Source: the human T2T-CHM13v2.0 reference genome, Homo sapiens. Taken from it: 64,000 bases of DNA. A model generated the notes under the pieces. It ran no database searches and was not told where the DNA came from. It saw only the letters and a program-made list of their open reading frames with translations. The position numbers and the translations under genes are program-made. Shown in pieces: positions 46,627 through 61,575 of the stretch. Where the stretch lies: assembly GCF_009914755.1 (NCBI RefSeq), contig NC_060932.1. One strand, given 5' to 3'. How positions within the stretch are numbered: position 1 is the stretch's first letter; every line of letters begins with the position of its first letter.

Positions 46627-47402
46627 GCAGTCAAAGAATATTTGTTAAATGAACAAAGGAAATACCCCATCTTTCACAGGTGGACATTATAAATTTGAAG
46701 TAATATCATTAATTAATATGTATGTATATAAATGGAAGCATGTATTTCTAGTCATATATCTAATGCACAGATTGGAGACAGTTAATCATGGTGTCTACAA
46801 GAATGGGACAAGTCAGAGAGAGAGAGAGTTTAACTTTTCATTTTATAATTTCTTTTTCCATGTGCATGTATCATTTACATATTAAAAAGATAAAAATAGG
46901 TAGTTGATGAATAGAGCAATGCTGTCTGACTAGAAGTGTCTTTATTCAGGTTAAGCGGTGAAATAATTTAAAGCTTGGAATTGATTCAGGAATCTTGACT
47001 TCTTAAAACTATAGCTATAGAAATCATGTTTTCTATCAAGCAAAATAAGGTACATTTAATGTAGAGATGTCCCCATGTAATTAACTATACGTCATAGTTA
47101 CCTTTTATTAGCATTTCTTGAGAGATATTAGGTAGAACTTAAGATAAGTCAATATAGCCTGACGTGATTACGCGATTTAATTGGAACAGAGAGACAGTGA
47201 GAGAATAGGATTAATGATTATTGTGACATAAGATCATGCTTGAAGTGCCGTGCTTGTCTTCACTCAATCACTCATTCAACAGAAATTTAATAAATGCATG
47301 CTGTACACTGGGCATATGCTAGCTGCTAAGGAGAGAATGGTGACTAAGTAATGAGTGTGATGGTCCCTGTCTTCAAGGAATTTACAGTTTGAATTGGAGG
47401 TT

Positions 47403-47858
47403 TGTATACCAGTTTCCTGAGGCTGCTCTAACAAATCACTACAAACTTAACTGTTCTAAAACAACAGGAATTTTTTTCACAATTCTAGGGGCCAGAAGTC
47501 AAAGTAGGTTGGCAGGGCTGTGCTTTTCTCAGAAGGCTCTAGGGCAGAATCTTTCCTTCCCTCTTCTGGCTTCTAGTGGCTTCAGGCGCTCCTCTACTTA
47601 TGGCTGCATCGGTCCAATCTCTGCTTCTGTTTTCACATGGCCTTGTCTGTGTGTCCATGTCTGCTCCTCTTCTGTCTCTTGTAAGGACGCTTGTCATTAG
47701 ATTGAGGGTCCACCTGGGATATCCAGGATGATCTCACCTTGAGATCCTTAACTTGATTACATCTGCAAAGACCCTTTTTCCAAACAAGATCATATTTGCA
47801 GGTTCCAGGGGTTACAATGTGCATGTACCTTTTGAGGGGCCACAATTCAATCACTACA
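47403..47858 (-). mobile_element. MLT1(C-like) LTR inside an L2 relic
   Basis: agtttcctgaggctgctctaacaaatcac; atctgcaaagaccctttttccaaacaag. Confidence 0.8.
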
Positions 47859-48276
47859 GTATGGATAAGTGAATAGATGGTTCCAATCCAGTGTGACAGG
47901 TGCTATGCTAGGGCATGTACTTGCAGGATGCACAGAGACACCTAGAAGGTGGCCCCATTTCAGTTTTTGAGGGGTTCAGGGAAGACATTTTAAGTGAAGT
48001 ATCAGGTAAGAAGAAACTTGAAGAATAACCAAAAACCAGTTAGGCAAGGGCAGGGAGGTGAGCTGGGAGAGCTTTCAGGGAGAGAGAGTGTGTGAGAGGT
48101 AACTGGAAAAAGTTTAAGTTTGCTGTAAAGTATGGGATGAGGAGAAGGTGAAGATGAGATGGCATAGGTGAACAGGGCCCAGATTGTGACTGTCCTTGAA
48201 AACCATGTCTTCCATATTGGAATTTTGAAGCAATAGAAGGGAGAAGTACAGATTTGCATTGTTTAAAGATAATCTC

Positions 48277-48586
48277 GGGCGGGGTGTGGTGGCTCACACC
48301 TGTAATCCCAGCATTTTGGGAGGCCGAGGCTGCTGGATCACTTGAGGTCAGGAGTTCGAGATCAGCCTGGCCAACAGGGTGAACCCAAATCTCTACTAAA
48401 AGTACAGAAAAAAGCCAGGTGTGGTAGCATCGCCTGTAGTCTAGCTACTAGGGAGGCTGAGGCAAGAGAATCGATTGAACCTGGGAGGCAGAGGTTGCAG
48501 TGAACCCAGATCATGCCATTGCACTCCAGCCTGGGCAACAGAGTGAGACTCTGTCTCAAAATAAATAAACAAGTAAATAATGAAAT
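48277..48586 (+). mobile_element. AluS, full length (donor of the 45.15-kb copy)
   Basis: TSD aaagataatct (48265-48275) / aaagacaatct (48587-48597). Confidence 0.92.
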
Positions 48587-51500
48587 AAAGACAATCTGAG
48601 CTGCAGTGTGGAATATGAATTGGAAGGGGTTAGGACCAAAGGCCAAGAGGCCAGTTAAGAAAACGTAGCAGTAATTTGAGGAAAAGATGGTAGAGAATAA
48701 AGGAAATGGATATGAGAGATCATGAAGATGTAAAATTATTATGTTCATTAGAATTGTTAAATAAGACTAAGCTTACAGATGCATTTTTACAGTGTTTCTA
48801 AAGTGAAGATTCATTCTCAATCTCTGTTTTTTAGCTTAACTCTCTCTACCTATGATTAGCCCACAGGTACATATGGACAGATAACAATATGAATCTAGCA
48901 GCCGTTCTCAATAAACATTTTTAATTTCTGAAATAAGTCTTGTATGCCTGGACTGATTCTCTTTAGTTTTTGGAGCGATGGATATACTTTAACTTGCTTT
49001 GCTTCAAAGTAAATTGGCTTTTAAACTCCTTCCTTAAGGAAAGGATGGAACCGAACACGAGTGATGGCTATTGGTTACAACTCATTCTTGATTCTATGTA
49101 TCTGTTTAGTTTTCTTGGTTTCATAGTTTCACAACATCCTTGTTAAAATGCAGAAGGGTGTTATCAGAGTGGCAATGAAATTCTGCCCAGAAGGAACTAA
49201 TGGCAGCAACAGTAGGCAAGGTAAATATGTCACTTTGAACATAAACAGTCCCTGGAGGCCATCTGTCATATATACAGAAAAAGTCCATCTCGTCCTTCTC
49301 ACCTGGGTACCTACTGACCATGACAGGGATGTGCGCTATGACCAGCAAGCAGAAGAGAGATTACGTGGGACTCACAGTGGTTGGACCAGGAGACTTATGA
49401 CAAAATATTTGCTTATTTGCTAATAATTCTTCCAGAATTAAGCACTTATGAAGTGGTTGAAATGGTACCCATTCCTTGAAAATGCTATGTCAAGTACAGC
49501 TCTCCAGGATTTGAAATATAGAACAACAATAAAAATCCCTAGACAAGGTTATGATTCACCTTAAGTGTGGTGGCTATTTTAAATCTTTGGTACTTTAAAC
49601 ATGGCTTCGTAGCTCCTTTATACTTTCTTTTAATAGCAGGGATTTTGGAATTCTAACACACTTCTACTATTTTCTCCTACATAGAGACTGACTTTTATTT
49701 TTCTTTCCCAAGTCCTGATGCAGTATAGAAAACCATAGTGTAGCCATCTTTGTTAGCCACAATACTTGGTTTTATTCACTCATCATAAACAAACAATAGG
49801 CTTAAAATGACTTCAATATAGCTTGAAAAGAGACAGTAGCATTGTCCTTGTTTGAACATGCACTTCTTGTTGCTACTTGCCACCCTACCCTATTTTCTGC
49901 TGTCTCAAGTGACCTTATGTATACCACATTTTGCTGTGACATTCTGTGCAGTAACTGGAACTCTAGCTTGGCACTGCACAGCCATGTTTTTAGAAGGGAA
50001 TACTGGAGGTGCAAATCTTGGGCAGCAGTTTGTATGCATCACTCACTGTATCAATGTAGTAACGTATCTGTTGACATCTCCTGAGTAAATCTGGTCCTCT
50101 TAAAAATGGAAAGACGTATGTGAAAGTTAGAAATTAAATCTCGTAATCTACAGACTTCACATAACCCACACAACTATTGTTCACTTATTCTCTAACAGAA
50201 GATACATTCTCTCAATGGCCAGGCTTGAAGATTTAGGATTCCAATAACTATCGGGTATGAAATGTCAAAAATAGATTTATTTCCATTTTGAGTTGCCCAG
50301 GAAAGGCTCATGCACAACTTAGCATGCTTTTTGTTTCTAGTCTAAGCAGAATTTTAAGCATAAAAATTTAGTGCTTTATGTGATCAATGACATGTTTAAA
50401 AGAAAAATTTGCATGACGAGTACACAGAAATCCGCTAGCTAACTTCCTTTATCCTCTGCCCTCTTGACAATTGCTCATGGCATGGGACTTGTTTGAAATA
50501 CTTTTCAGCTTGTTTAAAATTTATCATGCCTCAATCCAAACACTGTGAACATCTGAGAGAAAGCACTTTGTAACTTTTAAGTGGACAGAGATCACATTTA
50601 TGATAAAAGTCTATGTTGACCATGGGGAAGGAGTACAGAATAACCGAATGAAATGAAAATTCATGCCTTAGGAAAAAGCAAATTTTTATTGCAAAACTAG
50701 AAACCAGGAGAAACGTAGAAAAAACAAAGCTCATTTTAGACTCCATTCCATTTTGCTTTAAAAAATCCATTTTATGTTTTTGTCAGCATATACCTGAAAT
50801 GGCAGTTAAATTCTCAGATGTTTTTTTCCCCCGCACACAAAGTAGACAAATGTCTGAAAGAGGCATAAGACATTTCCTTTCATCATTTAAGAAAACCCTT
50901 AATATTAGGTTTGTGTTACATTTCGATGTTGGCCAATTCTTTCTGATTACTTTTAAATTATAGAGTTTCCATAATAATGTTCAACTCAGCATTTTCTCTG
51001 TGGGGCAGCAACTTCACACTGGTACCACGACATACCACTATTAACATTCTAAGTTACAGCTCCTTGGTCTTGTCAATACCCACACATTTTATTTTAGTTC
51101 AAATGAAATGCAAGGGTATTTAGTTTTTTCCAACTGAAACATTCCATGAACCTATGAAATGCAAATTTTGGGTGTTTCATCCATATTTGTTTGTAAGATG
51201 ACACCTAGCATGGTCTAGTCCACTGAGCAATTACTTGCTTGTTGGATAAATGAACATAGGACAGGATATTCAAGATCTTGTGATTATCCTACAACAAAAC
51301 GAAGGCAAAATGCAAGGGATGTCCTTGATGAATGGATTGGAAGTTAAAGTCCCAACTACACAACAGCAAATACATGGGGTGAGAAATAATCATTCTGTAC
51401 ACAAGAAATTGGCAGATTGTTTCTTAATGTAGGTACTGGTCAGCTGTGATATTGACTCAAAGTCCCATCTCCCTGTGCTTTTGTGGATGGGGTGAGGCAA

Positions 51501-52060
51501 ATTATCCACCGGCCCTCTGAGGGAAGTCTGCTGCGGTTTCCTTTTGGAAGTCCTTTGGAAATGTGGGATCAGAGCACAATTAGTCGACTTACTAATGTAG
51601 TGCCTGCAGTAGTGACCGCTTGGTTCTTTTGTGCTTGTCACCTCTTCTACTCCAGGTTTCAACAAAGAGTATACTTTTGCAAGAAGCAAAATATTGCATT
51701 TCCAGTTGTGGATGATTATGACAGGTACTGAAAATGAATGGACATCCATAATATTTTTGTTAAGTAAATTTATTTTAATATTCCTGCCATAGGTTTGGGC
51801 TATCTACATGTCATAATTCTCTTAAGAAAAAGTTTATGTCATTCGGAAATTCATCAATGAATTTTGTGCCCTAAATTGACATTCAGTCTCAAAATTTATA
51901 CAATAATGGTAAAAATTAAGACTTAGTACACTGAACCTCAGCACTAATCTTTCCCACTCCAAGTTTGTCCCATAACAAGAGAAGACGAACAGCATAGCTG
52001 TTGAACTCACAGGGTCTGCATGCTCCCATTTTCTGTTCTTAGAGTTAGAAAATGTTTTCC

Positions 52061-52353
52061 TTTTTTTTTTTTTTGAAACGGAGTCTCACTCTGTTGCCCA
52101 GGCTGGAGTGCAATGGCGTGAGTTCGGCTCACTGCAACCTCCCCAACCCGGGTTCAAGCAGTTCTCTGCCTCAGCCTCCTGAGTTGCTGGGATGACAGGT
52201 GCCCACCACCATGTCCGGCTAATTTTTGTATTTTTAGTAGAGACAGAGTTTCACCATCTTGGCCAGGCTGGTCTTGAACTCCTGACCTTGTGATCCACCC
52301 GCCTCAGCCTCCCAAAGTGCTGGGATTACAGGCGTGAGCCACTGCACCAGGCC
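52061..52353 (-). mobile_element. AluS
   Basis: Antisense dimer. Confidence 0.92.
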
Positions 52354-53419
52354 TGAAAATCTCTTGTTTTACACTTAAAGAAGGCGACCATTGATATTTT
52401 ACATTTTATCAGATATTTATGAAGTACATTTCTTGCCTGCTTTACACTCTGACTAAAATACCTTTGGGGACCTCTTCAAAGTGATACTACAGAAAATTTC
52501 TAATTATGCCTAAGGCCAGTATGTGAGTAGAATATGAAATATGATCAGCATTGAAGTTTTAATGAAAGAGGAATTATTCTCATGCCTTCTTACTTCTCAT
52601 GCTTTCAGTCAATTATGCTGACCTTGTTATAACTGGTCAAAACTATATAAAACAGTGTATTAAAAACATTCCGTACATGATTCTTATGTATCAGGGAGGG
52701 AATTGAGAATTAGTGGGAATGAATACCTAATATCATTATTTCATAGTTGAACCATTTTGTTAATATATCTCCTGCTAATGCCTTAGTCACAAAGCACATT
52801 TCCACAATTTTCATTTAGCTTTTTTATTAATTAATCAAATACTAGCTAGGGAGCAAATTAACTATAAATTAGCTATAAAGCCAGCATCATTTTCAGGACT
52901 CATTAGTATATTGAAATCTAGATAATTGTTTAAAATATGGTGAGCCCTGAAATTACGTAGCTAAAAAATAGAAGTTTGAAGACAGAAACAGAAAACAGAA
53001 CAGTTAAAATGCCACAAAGAGATCCCTTTCCCTCATTTATTCCCACAAGTGCAAAATCTAAAATGTATCCTTTAAAGCTCAGCCCAGACACCAGCTGAGC
53101 GAAGACTTTTCTGACCTCCCCATCTGGAAAGGGATCCTCCCTTAGCCCAAATTCTGGCGATCTGAATACTTTCTAACTTTAATTATGTTGAAACCTAATT
53201 AAGATATAACTTTACTTGTAGTTCAAAACTTACCGAAGTTAATTACGCTTAATATGAAAGTTAGTTATTTGTGTGTTACATTGCCCCTACTAATGTGTAA
53301 ACACCTTTAGGTAAGAAGGCACATATATACTTATTCATATTCTACACCACACATAGCAAAGTGCATGGGAAAGAGAAGATAATAAATATTTAGCCAATGA
53401 ATGCATATTCTAGGCTCAA

Positions 53420-53754
<335 letters not shown>

Positions 53755-53882
53755 TGATGCCTCAGATGTCCATGTGGGTTGACATACTTTCTCAGTTCTC
53801 TCTTGAATTTGTCAGTCCCCGCCCCCGGCCCCGAGATTTTTCTAAGAAACTCTCAGATCTATAATTAGGGCAATTTAGTAAA

Positions 53883-53892
53883 ACACACACAC

Positions 53893-53940
<48 letters not shown>
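53883..53940. repeat. (CA)n microsatellite
   Basis: Direct read. Confidence 0.95.
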
Positions 53941-53945
<5 letters not shown>

Positions 53946-53954
53946 TTGCTACTA

Positions 53955-54175
53955 TTAAGAATAGCTGAAGTCACAAGGTGTTTACTATGTGTACACAGAC
54001 ACTTTTAACTACTTTGTATATATTAACTCATTTAATATTTCTGACAATAGATGGAGAATCCTGTTATACAAATGAAAAAAAAAACTGTGCCATAGAGAGA
54101 TTAAGTAACTTACAAGATTAGAAAGATACGTGTGAGGGAAGCAGGACTGAAACCCAGGCAGTTTGGCTTCAGAGG
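53955..54175 (-). mobile_element. MIR
   Basis: gagagattaagtaactt and gaaacccaggcagtttggcttcaga core. Confidence 0.65.
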
Positions 54176-55433
54176 CTGTTGGCTTCTTTATTTTGTTCTA
54201 GGCATAGTGAAGAATCTGTGGACACTTAACCCTGGGCAGTGCAGGAGTCCAGAAATTTCCCACTGAAGAAGCTACTTATGCTGGCTGCTTATATATGCTG
54301 TGAATATAGATTCTACTAGAATTTGCATTATTTTCAGATATAATAATTCTGCACTCCAATTATTTGGCTGTCAGATCCTCATCTCGAATTCTGGTTAAAA
54401 AATACCATTGTTCTAGGTGCTGTACTATGTGGATGTTTAATGAGATTTTCCATTTTACTTAATGTTCCTAACAATCTTGTAAGGCCGAGACTGTTTTCTC
54501 CATTTTCCAGGGGCATGAAAGGCTCACAAAGGTTAAATAACACCCCCCAATTTAGGTTGTGCTTTTTTTCCTCATTACAGCTTACTCCCTTGGCTGGAAA
54601 ATCAAGTTCAGTCCAAGCCATTCATTTTCTAGACCAAATAATGATGCTATTTCAATATTTTCAAAAATCTCTGGGTTAATTTTTAATGTGCATAAAAAGC
54701 TGCAAACCCTTTTGAAGTTTCATTGGCTCAAAAAATAGAAGTGAAAAAATTGAAGAGGTTCGTTAATCACTAGTTTTATTCCTATGTCAATATAGAACTA
54801 GAACTAAGAAAAAAGTTTATTTTTCCCAGTTACTTATATTTCCTTTGAAATTGGTGAGGTTATCTTTAAAATAGCACTATAATTTTCTTTACGGTTAGAA
54901 AATTATCTGTAGAATAGAGATCTTGTTGGCAGCAAGGGATAAGTATATTATTTGTAAGAACATGAGCCAGAAAAACAGATCCTGTTGGCACCACTGTGTC
55001 TGGTACCCAGATAAGAGGCAGGACTCTGTTACATAGGTTATGTGATTTATCCCAACTTGTGTGGATATTGGCATTTCTTCGAGGGAGGCAGCCAAAACCT
55101 ATGGTTGTTTGTTGGTATTAAAAGATTAATAAATTGGTCATGGTTTATAGTAACAGAAATCCATGAGGAACAAGCTAAATCAGTTTCACTATTACGATGG
55201 CCTCCAATGCACAATTGGCTCTGAAGTAACCATTCATTATTTAAAATAACATCATAAAAGTGTATTAATTCTTGCTCCAATAAAAGCTGATGTTGGGTTA
55301 ATGTGAACTCATTAATGATCCTGTTAACAGCTGATGTAAATGTGCGATTTTGGTTCAAATCACTGATTAGATCAGAGGCCCCTCATACATCGTAACTAAT
55401 TTTTTTTCCCAATAATATCTGGAACAAGGAACG

Positions 55434-55638
55434 TTCAGGTTTAATTACCCTCATTCAGAATTTATATAAATATATATATATACACACACACATATATATA
55501 TATAAATTCAGAATATATATATATATAAATTTAGAATATATATTCTGAGTGAGGGCAATTAAATCTGAATATATACATATTCAGATTTAATATTTTATAT
55601 ATATATATTCAGATTTAATATTTTTTTATATATATATA
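55434..55638. repeat. Nested inverted and tandem repeats around (TA)n
   Basis: 28-bp arms at 55434-55461 and 55542-55569; perfect 15-bp hairpin at 55558-55591. Confidence 0.88.
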
Positions 55639-57879
55639 GCCTTAAAGGCATCTGGCAGCAAATCTCCCAACTTTATGTCATTTTCACAATGAAAATTAAA
55701 AAAGAATTTGTCAGCATTTGACACTCTCTAAACACATGCTTCTCAATCTCCCCAATCATTTGTCTTTCAATCTCTTATTCTATTCTTCCTGCCATCTTCT
55801 CTCCACTCCACCCCCAACTTCCTCATAGTGACATTAACCAGAAAAGCTATGGAATTTCTAGACCAGTGGCCTCTGACATTTTTGATATGGACTCCCCTGC
55901 AAGCATGTGTATGTTACTTACTTATAAACAATAACACATACACTTTTGTGTTAATATGTATGTTATAGAACATACATAAAATTAAATGATAAAATATTCG
56001 TGAATGGATATTCTAACAGTTTCCTTTTCTACACTCATCCTTGTCCACTCCTCTATGGATACAACTAAGTATCTTCGGGATAACATTTACTACTCATCGT
56101 TTGCTATTGACTAATTAGTTATGATTAGTGAGTTCTTTTGTGGCACTGTGTAATAATGATCTCAGTCTTGAAGGTTTCCTCAGAGATCCAGATTTTACAT
56201 GATTCCCTTGTCCCTCTTCTTCCCTCATGTCCTGATTTAGCACAGAACTAGCAGGCACAACAGAGAGGGGATATGTGGCCAATGGTGGTGGTTGTATGAC
56301 TTAAGTTCTTCTGCATCTTTATAACTTGGGTTCATGACACTTGGCATTATCCTCTGAAAATAAATATCTTACCACAACGAAGACATGCATTCGTTCTAGC
56401 ATTTATGAACAGGTTCTAAGCACTGCGGACACAAGGTTGAATAATTGTGCTCAGTGAGCTACATTTTAGTTAGCAATGGTGGAATCAATTGGATTCCAAT
56501 GAATTTGTTTATTATACATTATACATAGGATTACAGTAGGAATATATACATCATGTCAGTAATAAGTCTTCTGTGGGTATAGAGAGAATTGAGCAACTAA
56601 CTTGACTGAGAAAACTGGGGAAAGTAAACACCCCCAAAAAGTAAAACATTTGAGGATCTTGAAATATGAGCTTATCTGAGGGTTCCACCTCTAGCCTGTT
56701 GGAGATACAGCCCATAAGGCTGGCTCTGGTCATCACCTGATGTTAAAAAATAGCAATGATTTAGCTCCATCAGCTGTATAATCTCTGGAGTCAAGTTCAT
56801 GTTCCCTGTCTCTTTGCTAAACTCCTGCTTGTGATAACCACATCATCCTGTTGAAATTGAATCTGATTCCAGCCTGCTACATATTCACTTTTTGTCAAAG
56901 ACTTGTATTTATTTTTTTCTTTACAAATGACCAGCGCTATTTTTGGTATCCTATTTTAGCCTGTCCTTTTTTTCTATCACTTTCTCTGTCTCTCTCTCTC
57001 TCTCTGTTTTCTCTCTCCCTCCACCTCTCTCACTACTCTCTCCTCTCAGTGCCAGCCTTATACGTCATTCAAACAGAAGCCCTGCTTGGAATCTCCAGTG
57101 GGATTTCAGTGACTAGATGCTTTGCAATGGAATAAACTCTGCTAACTGGCTCATGGTGGTGGACCAAGCACATAGGATAGCACCTGGGATATTGAAAATG
57201 CTCAATATTTATTGATTGATTTTACCAGACGCTATACCTAGCGTTTTCGTTTATCTTACAATTAAATGTTTTTGCATTTCAAGTTGGTTTTAGGAGACTT
57301 ATATTTATTTGTCATGAGACGATATATTTGAGCCCCAAATATCTGCAAATACATTTTTGGCTTTCTGGTTATTTATAAGGCAAAAACCAGGTTAAATGGC
57401 ATGAAATTATTTGATACTTTTCAGTGGCCCAATGAAGCACAAAATAAGCTATTTACAAAGCTATTGGCTTTACCTGGGACACAAAACTCACTAAGAATAT
57501 GTTGGATAAGAACTGTCACAGGAACTTGTTATGAATTTACACACCAACTAACCACTTGGAAATAAGTTTCATTGCCAGCTCCAGTCTTTAGCCTAGGGAA
57601 ACAAGTGTCAAAACAAGGGGATTTGGGAAGCACAATCTTCTCAACAGGCCTGTGTCATTAAAACCAGTGCAAGCTTAGTGTAAAATAATACTGTTATTAT
57701 GAATTTATCTGCAGAGCTATATATACCTACCCTGCTTTACATTCCTTCCCTCCTTGTCGGCTGATACTAAGCTTATTCACAAGCTAATTCCTTCATTGTC
57801 CTTGCTTTCATTCCACATATCTTGCTACATTAGTCTGGAGGCTTGGCTTAACTATCTTTAAGGTTTTCATTTCTTGTTT

Positions 57880-58110
57880 TAATTTATCTTTTTAATTAAA
57901 AATTTTTCAGTTGGTACATAAACATTGTTTATAATCTTATGGGGCACATAGATGATGTTTTGATACATACAATGTTTAGTGATCAGATCTGGGTAATTAG
58001 AAGAGCCATCGTTCCAAACATTGATCATGTCTGAGAACATATGTGCTGAGAACGTTCAATATCCTTCTTCTAGCTATTTGAAACTATGTATTATTGTTAA
58101 CTATAGTTAC
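57880..58110 (-). mobile_element. L1MA/MB 3' end fragment
   Basis: gatcagatctgggtaattag; ttcaatatccttcttctagctatttgaaa. Confidence 0.7.
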
Positions 58111-59141
58111 AATACTTGTTATACTGTTAAATATAATTACAATATATTCTATACCTCTTTACATTGTAAACTTATTTTCTAGAACTTATTTTCTTTAAAT
58201 AGTTCCTTTCCTTTTATATTGTCCCAGTCAGCCTCTTACTTTGGTTCATTCCATTTTCTGCACAATTTACTATCTTCTTTATGTCACCCATTGGTCAATG
58301 TTATCCTCCCCTTGTTACAAGTCTCCCCCATCAGCATTCAGGGGATAGAAAGGAAAGAGAGTATCATTTCAGGTATGGGAGTCCTTTTACCAAATGTTTG
58401 CATATTTTAAATATAGAATAAGGAGAAAATATTTGATTTTTATCAGTCATAGACAATGTATTATGTTTTCCAGAGATTTAAAGTACAGTATGTACAATAT
58501 AATGTTTTATTCCTGGACAGTTTTTCTATGAGAAATGATATAGCATCTGATAAACATCACTTAATATATCAAATAGTTTCATAATGAGGAAAGGTATTCT
58601 GTTGCATGAAATTAAAGCACCTAGTGTTTATACAGAATACCACAGAACATATATGCAGCTTGGTTATTTCTTTCACAACATGTCATGATATATTGGAATA
58701 TATTTATGTTAGAGTGTATTCCTCAATATTTATGTTATGAGTTATCTCTCAATATAAATTGTCCCTTACGTCTTTGATAATAGAACTTTTAGCAAACATA
58801 TGCTTGTCCAGAATGCAGATTCCAATGGTCAGTTCCTTTATTGCTAGATATGCCCATGCAACTAAATTCTAGCCCATGAAATTGCAGTGAAGCCGACGAC
58901 CTGGGTACTGCCTGTACACAGGGTGCGATCACCCCTGTAGCCTTTTGCCTTCCCACTGACTTGAATATAGAGGAGGACTCGAGAGCAGAGAGGGTAGATA
59001 AAAGGGGTGTGGATTCTGAAGGCATAGAGCCTATATATTAGTTCAGAACTTCTTATCCCTATTTTATGCGTGTGAGAGAAATATGTCATTAGAACCACTA
59101 TTATGCTTTCTGAGATAGCAGCCAAATCTATAGCCTAATTA

Positions 59142-59474
<333 letters not shown>

Positions 59475-61244
59475 CTAAGACCCTAACATTCATTTAATTT
59501 GTTTTTGGAATATAAGGTTTTTGTTGGAATGTAGAATTAGGTGTCTTCTTAAAGTTCAGATTATCTTTGCATCTTTTTTGGAGTTTATTTTGCTTTGTAA
59601 TATGGATTATTTCTTGTCTTATGTGAGCAAATAAACATATGTTCAGACATTTATATAATTATTATGGTTATTCAAAAAATTCAGAACTATTTAAGTAGTC
59701 TTTACAGGAGACTGAATTTTGTACTCTCTCTAATTAGTAACCCACTTCTTTAAGAAAAAATGTCTAACCTCAAGTCTTTCCCTAAATGTTTTCCATCTTC
59801 ACATCTCATCTGGTTTAAAGAGACCACTTCTTAGACTGTCTCCCTCCTCCAGACTACTTTGGAATTTGTCTCAGAATTGCTTTTAACCAGCCGCCTCACC
59901 CCAGAGACCAGCCAGGCCCTGAGTGCTGGTCATATGTCACCCAACCTTATGGCACATTCACTAACATTTGCTCACAATTTGTTTGGTTTTCCTTTGATAT
60001 CAGTGGCTTCAATTTCATTATATATTTCATCCTATTTAGAGGAATTATTGGCTTAAAAGGTCAATATTTGTGATCCCCTATATACTACATATATACTAAA
60101 AATAAAGGTATATACTTGTACATATACTACAAATGTAATCCCCTCCAATTGAGACTCCTAATAAATATATGTGTGACTAAACCCTGGTAGTCTGAAATAT
60201 CATCGGAAACTAAGAAAACTAAGCTTTGCAAAACGATGAATGCCTGCTAAGATTTATGGGCTTCAAGGAAGGATAATTTTTATTAAAAGTACAATGATAT
60301 CTCTAGAGCACTATTTCAATACATTTTGAAGATCCCCCTTATAAGCTCTTTTATTTTTTTCTTCAGGTCTTAGAACTTTGATGTGATCTTGACAAAAGAA
60401 ATCAATGTGCACAAATTTATTGAAGGATTTGATTCAATCACATGATTATCAGATAATGAGCTGATTACAATTCCATAACTAAAATGATATTAGCCTTAAT
60501 TGATTTCACTTTTCCAAGTTCTTATCTTACGGGTATTACTATGGCTGACAAACAGTTTTAAATATATAGACAATTAGCAAACTCTTTCTACCACTTGACC
60601 ATTTGCCACTGCATTCCCTACAGACATGAAAATGTGGCACATGTGTGCCTCCAAAAAACTTATCTCTTCTAAACCAGTTGCACTAGTATTAGACATCAAC
60701 TAGATTAGAACTCTTGTTAATAGTGTGAAAAACTTTATAAATATTTGTTCATAATTTATAAAAGCAGAATCATAATAATAATGCAGATAAAAGGTTGTTT
60801 TGTGCCATGCAGAAAATGCCTCAGTTTATATACTAAATATTATTTTATTTTTGTGTTTCTGTTCAGTGTATGCATTTCATACATAATTCTGTGATCTTTT
60901 ATAAAGATTATATGGGGTAAAAAGTGAAAACCCCTCCTGTTCTTTTAATTCCACTCATCCAATGTAATTGCTGTTAACAATTTTGTGCCTATTTAGCCAG
61001 GATTTCACATATTATTCAGCCATACAGAGAGGTTTATATTACTATCTACATTCATATATATATACACACACACACACACACATACCTACACACACGCATT
61101 TTGACATTAAGATTTGGCTGTCTATACATATTGGTCTGCTACTGTTGTTTTTCAGTACTATATTATGAGCCTCTTTAAAAGTTAGTGTGCTTGGATCTGA
61201 CTCCATGTTTTTAATGAAAGCACAGCATTCCATACAATAGATAA

Positions 61245-61575
<331 letters not shown>

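Noticed and set aside
46153-47858. Two MLT1 LTRs as the ends of one provirus
   Set aside because: Opposite orientations, and the intervening DNA is not MaLR internal sequence
45069-48748. Two similar minus-strand ORFs (167 aa and 128 aa) suggesting a paralogous gene pair
   Set aside because: Similarity is explained by the non-coding Alu-plus-flank duplication
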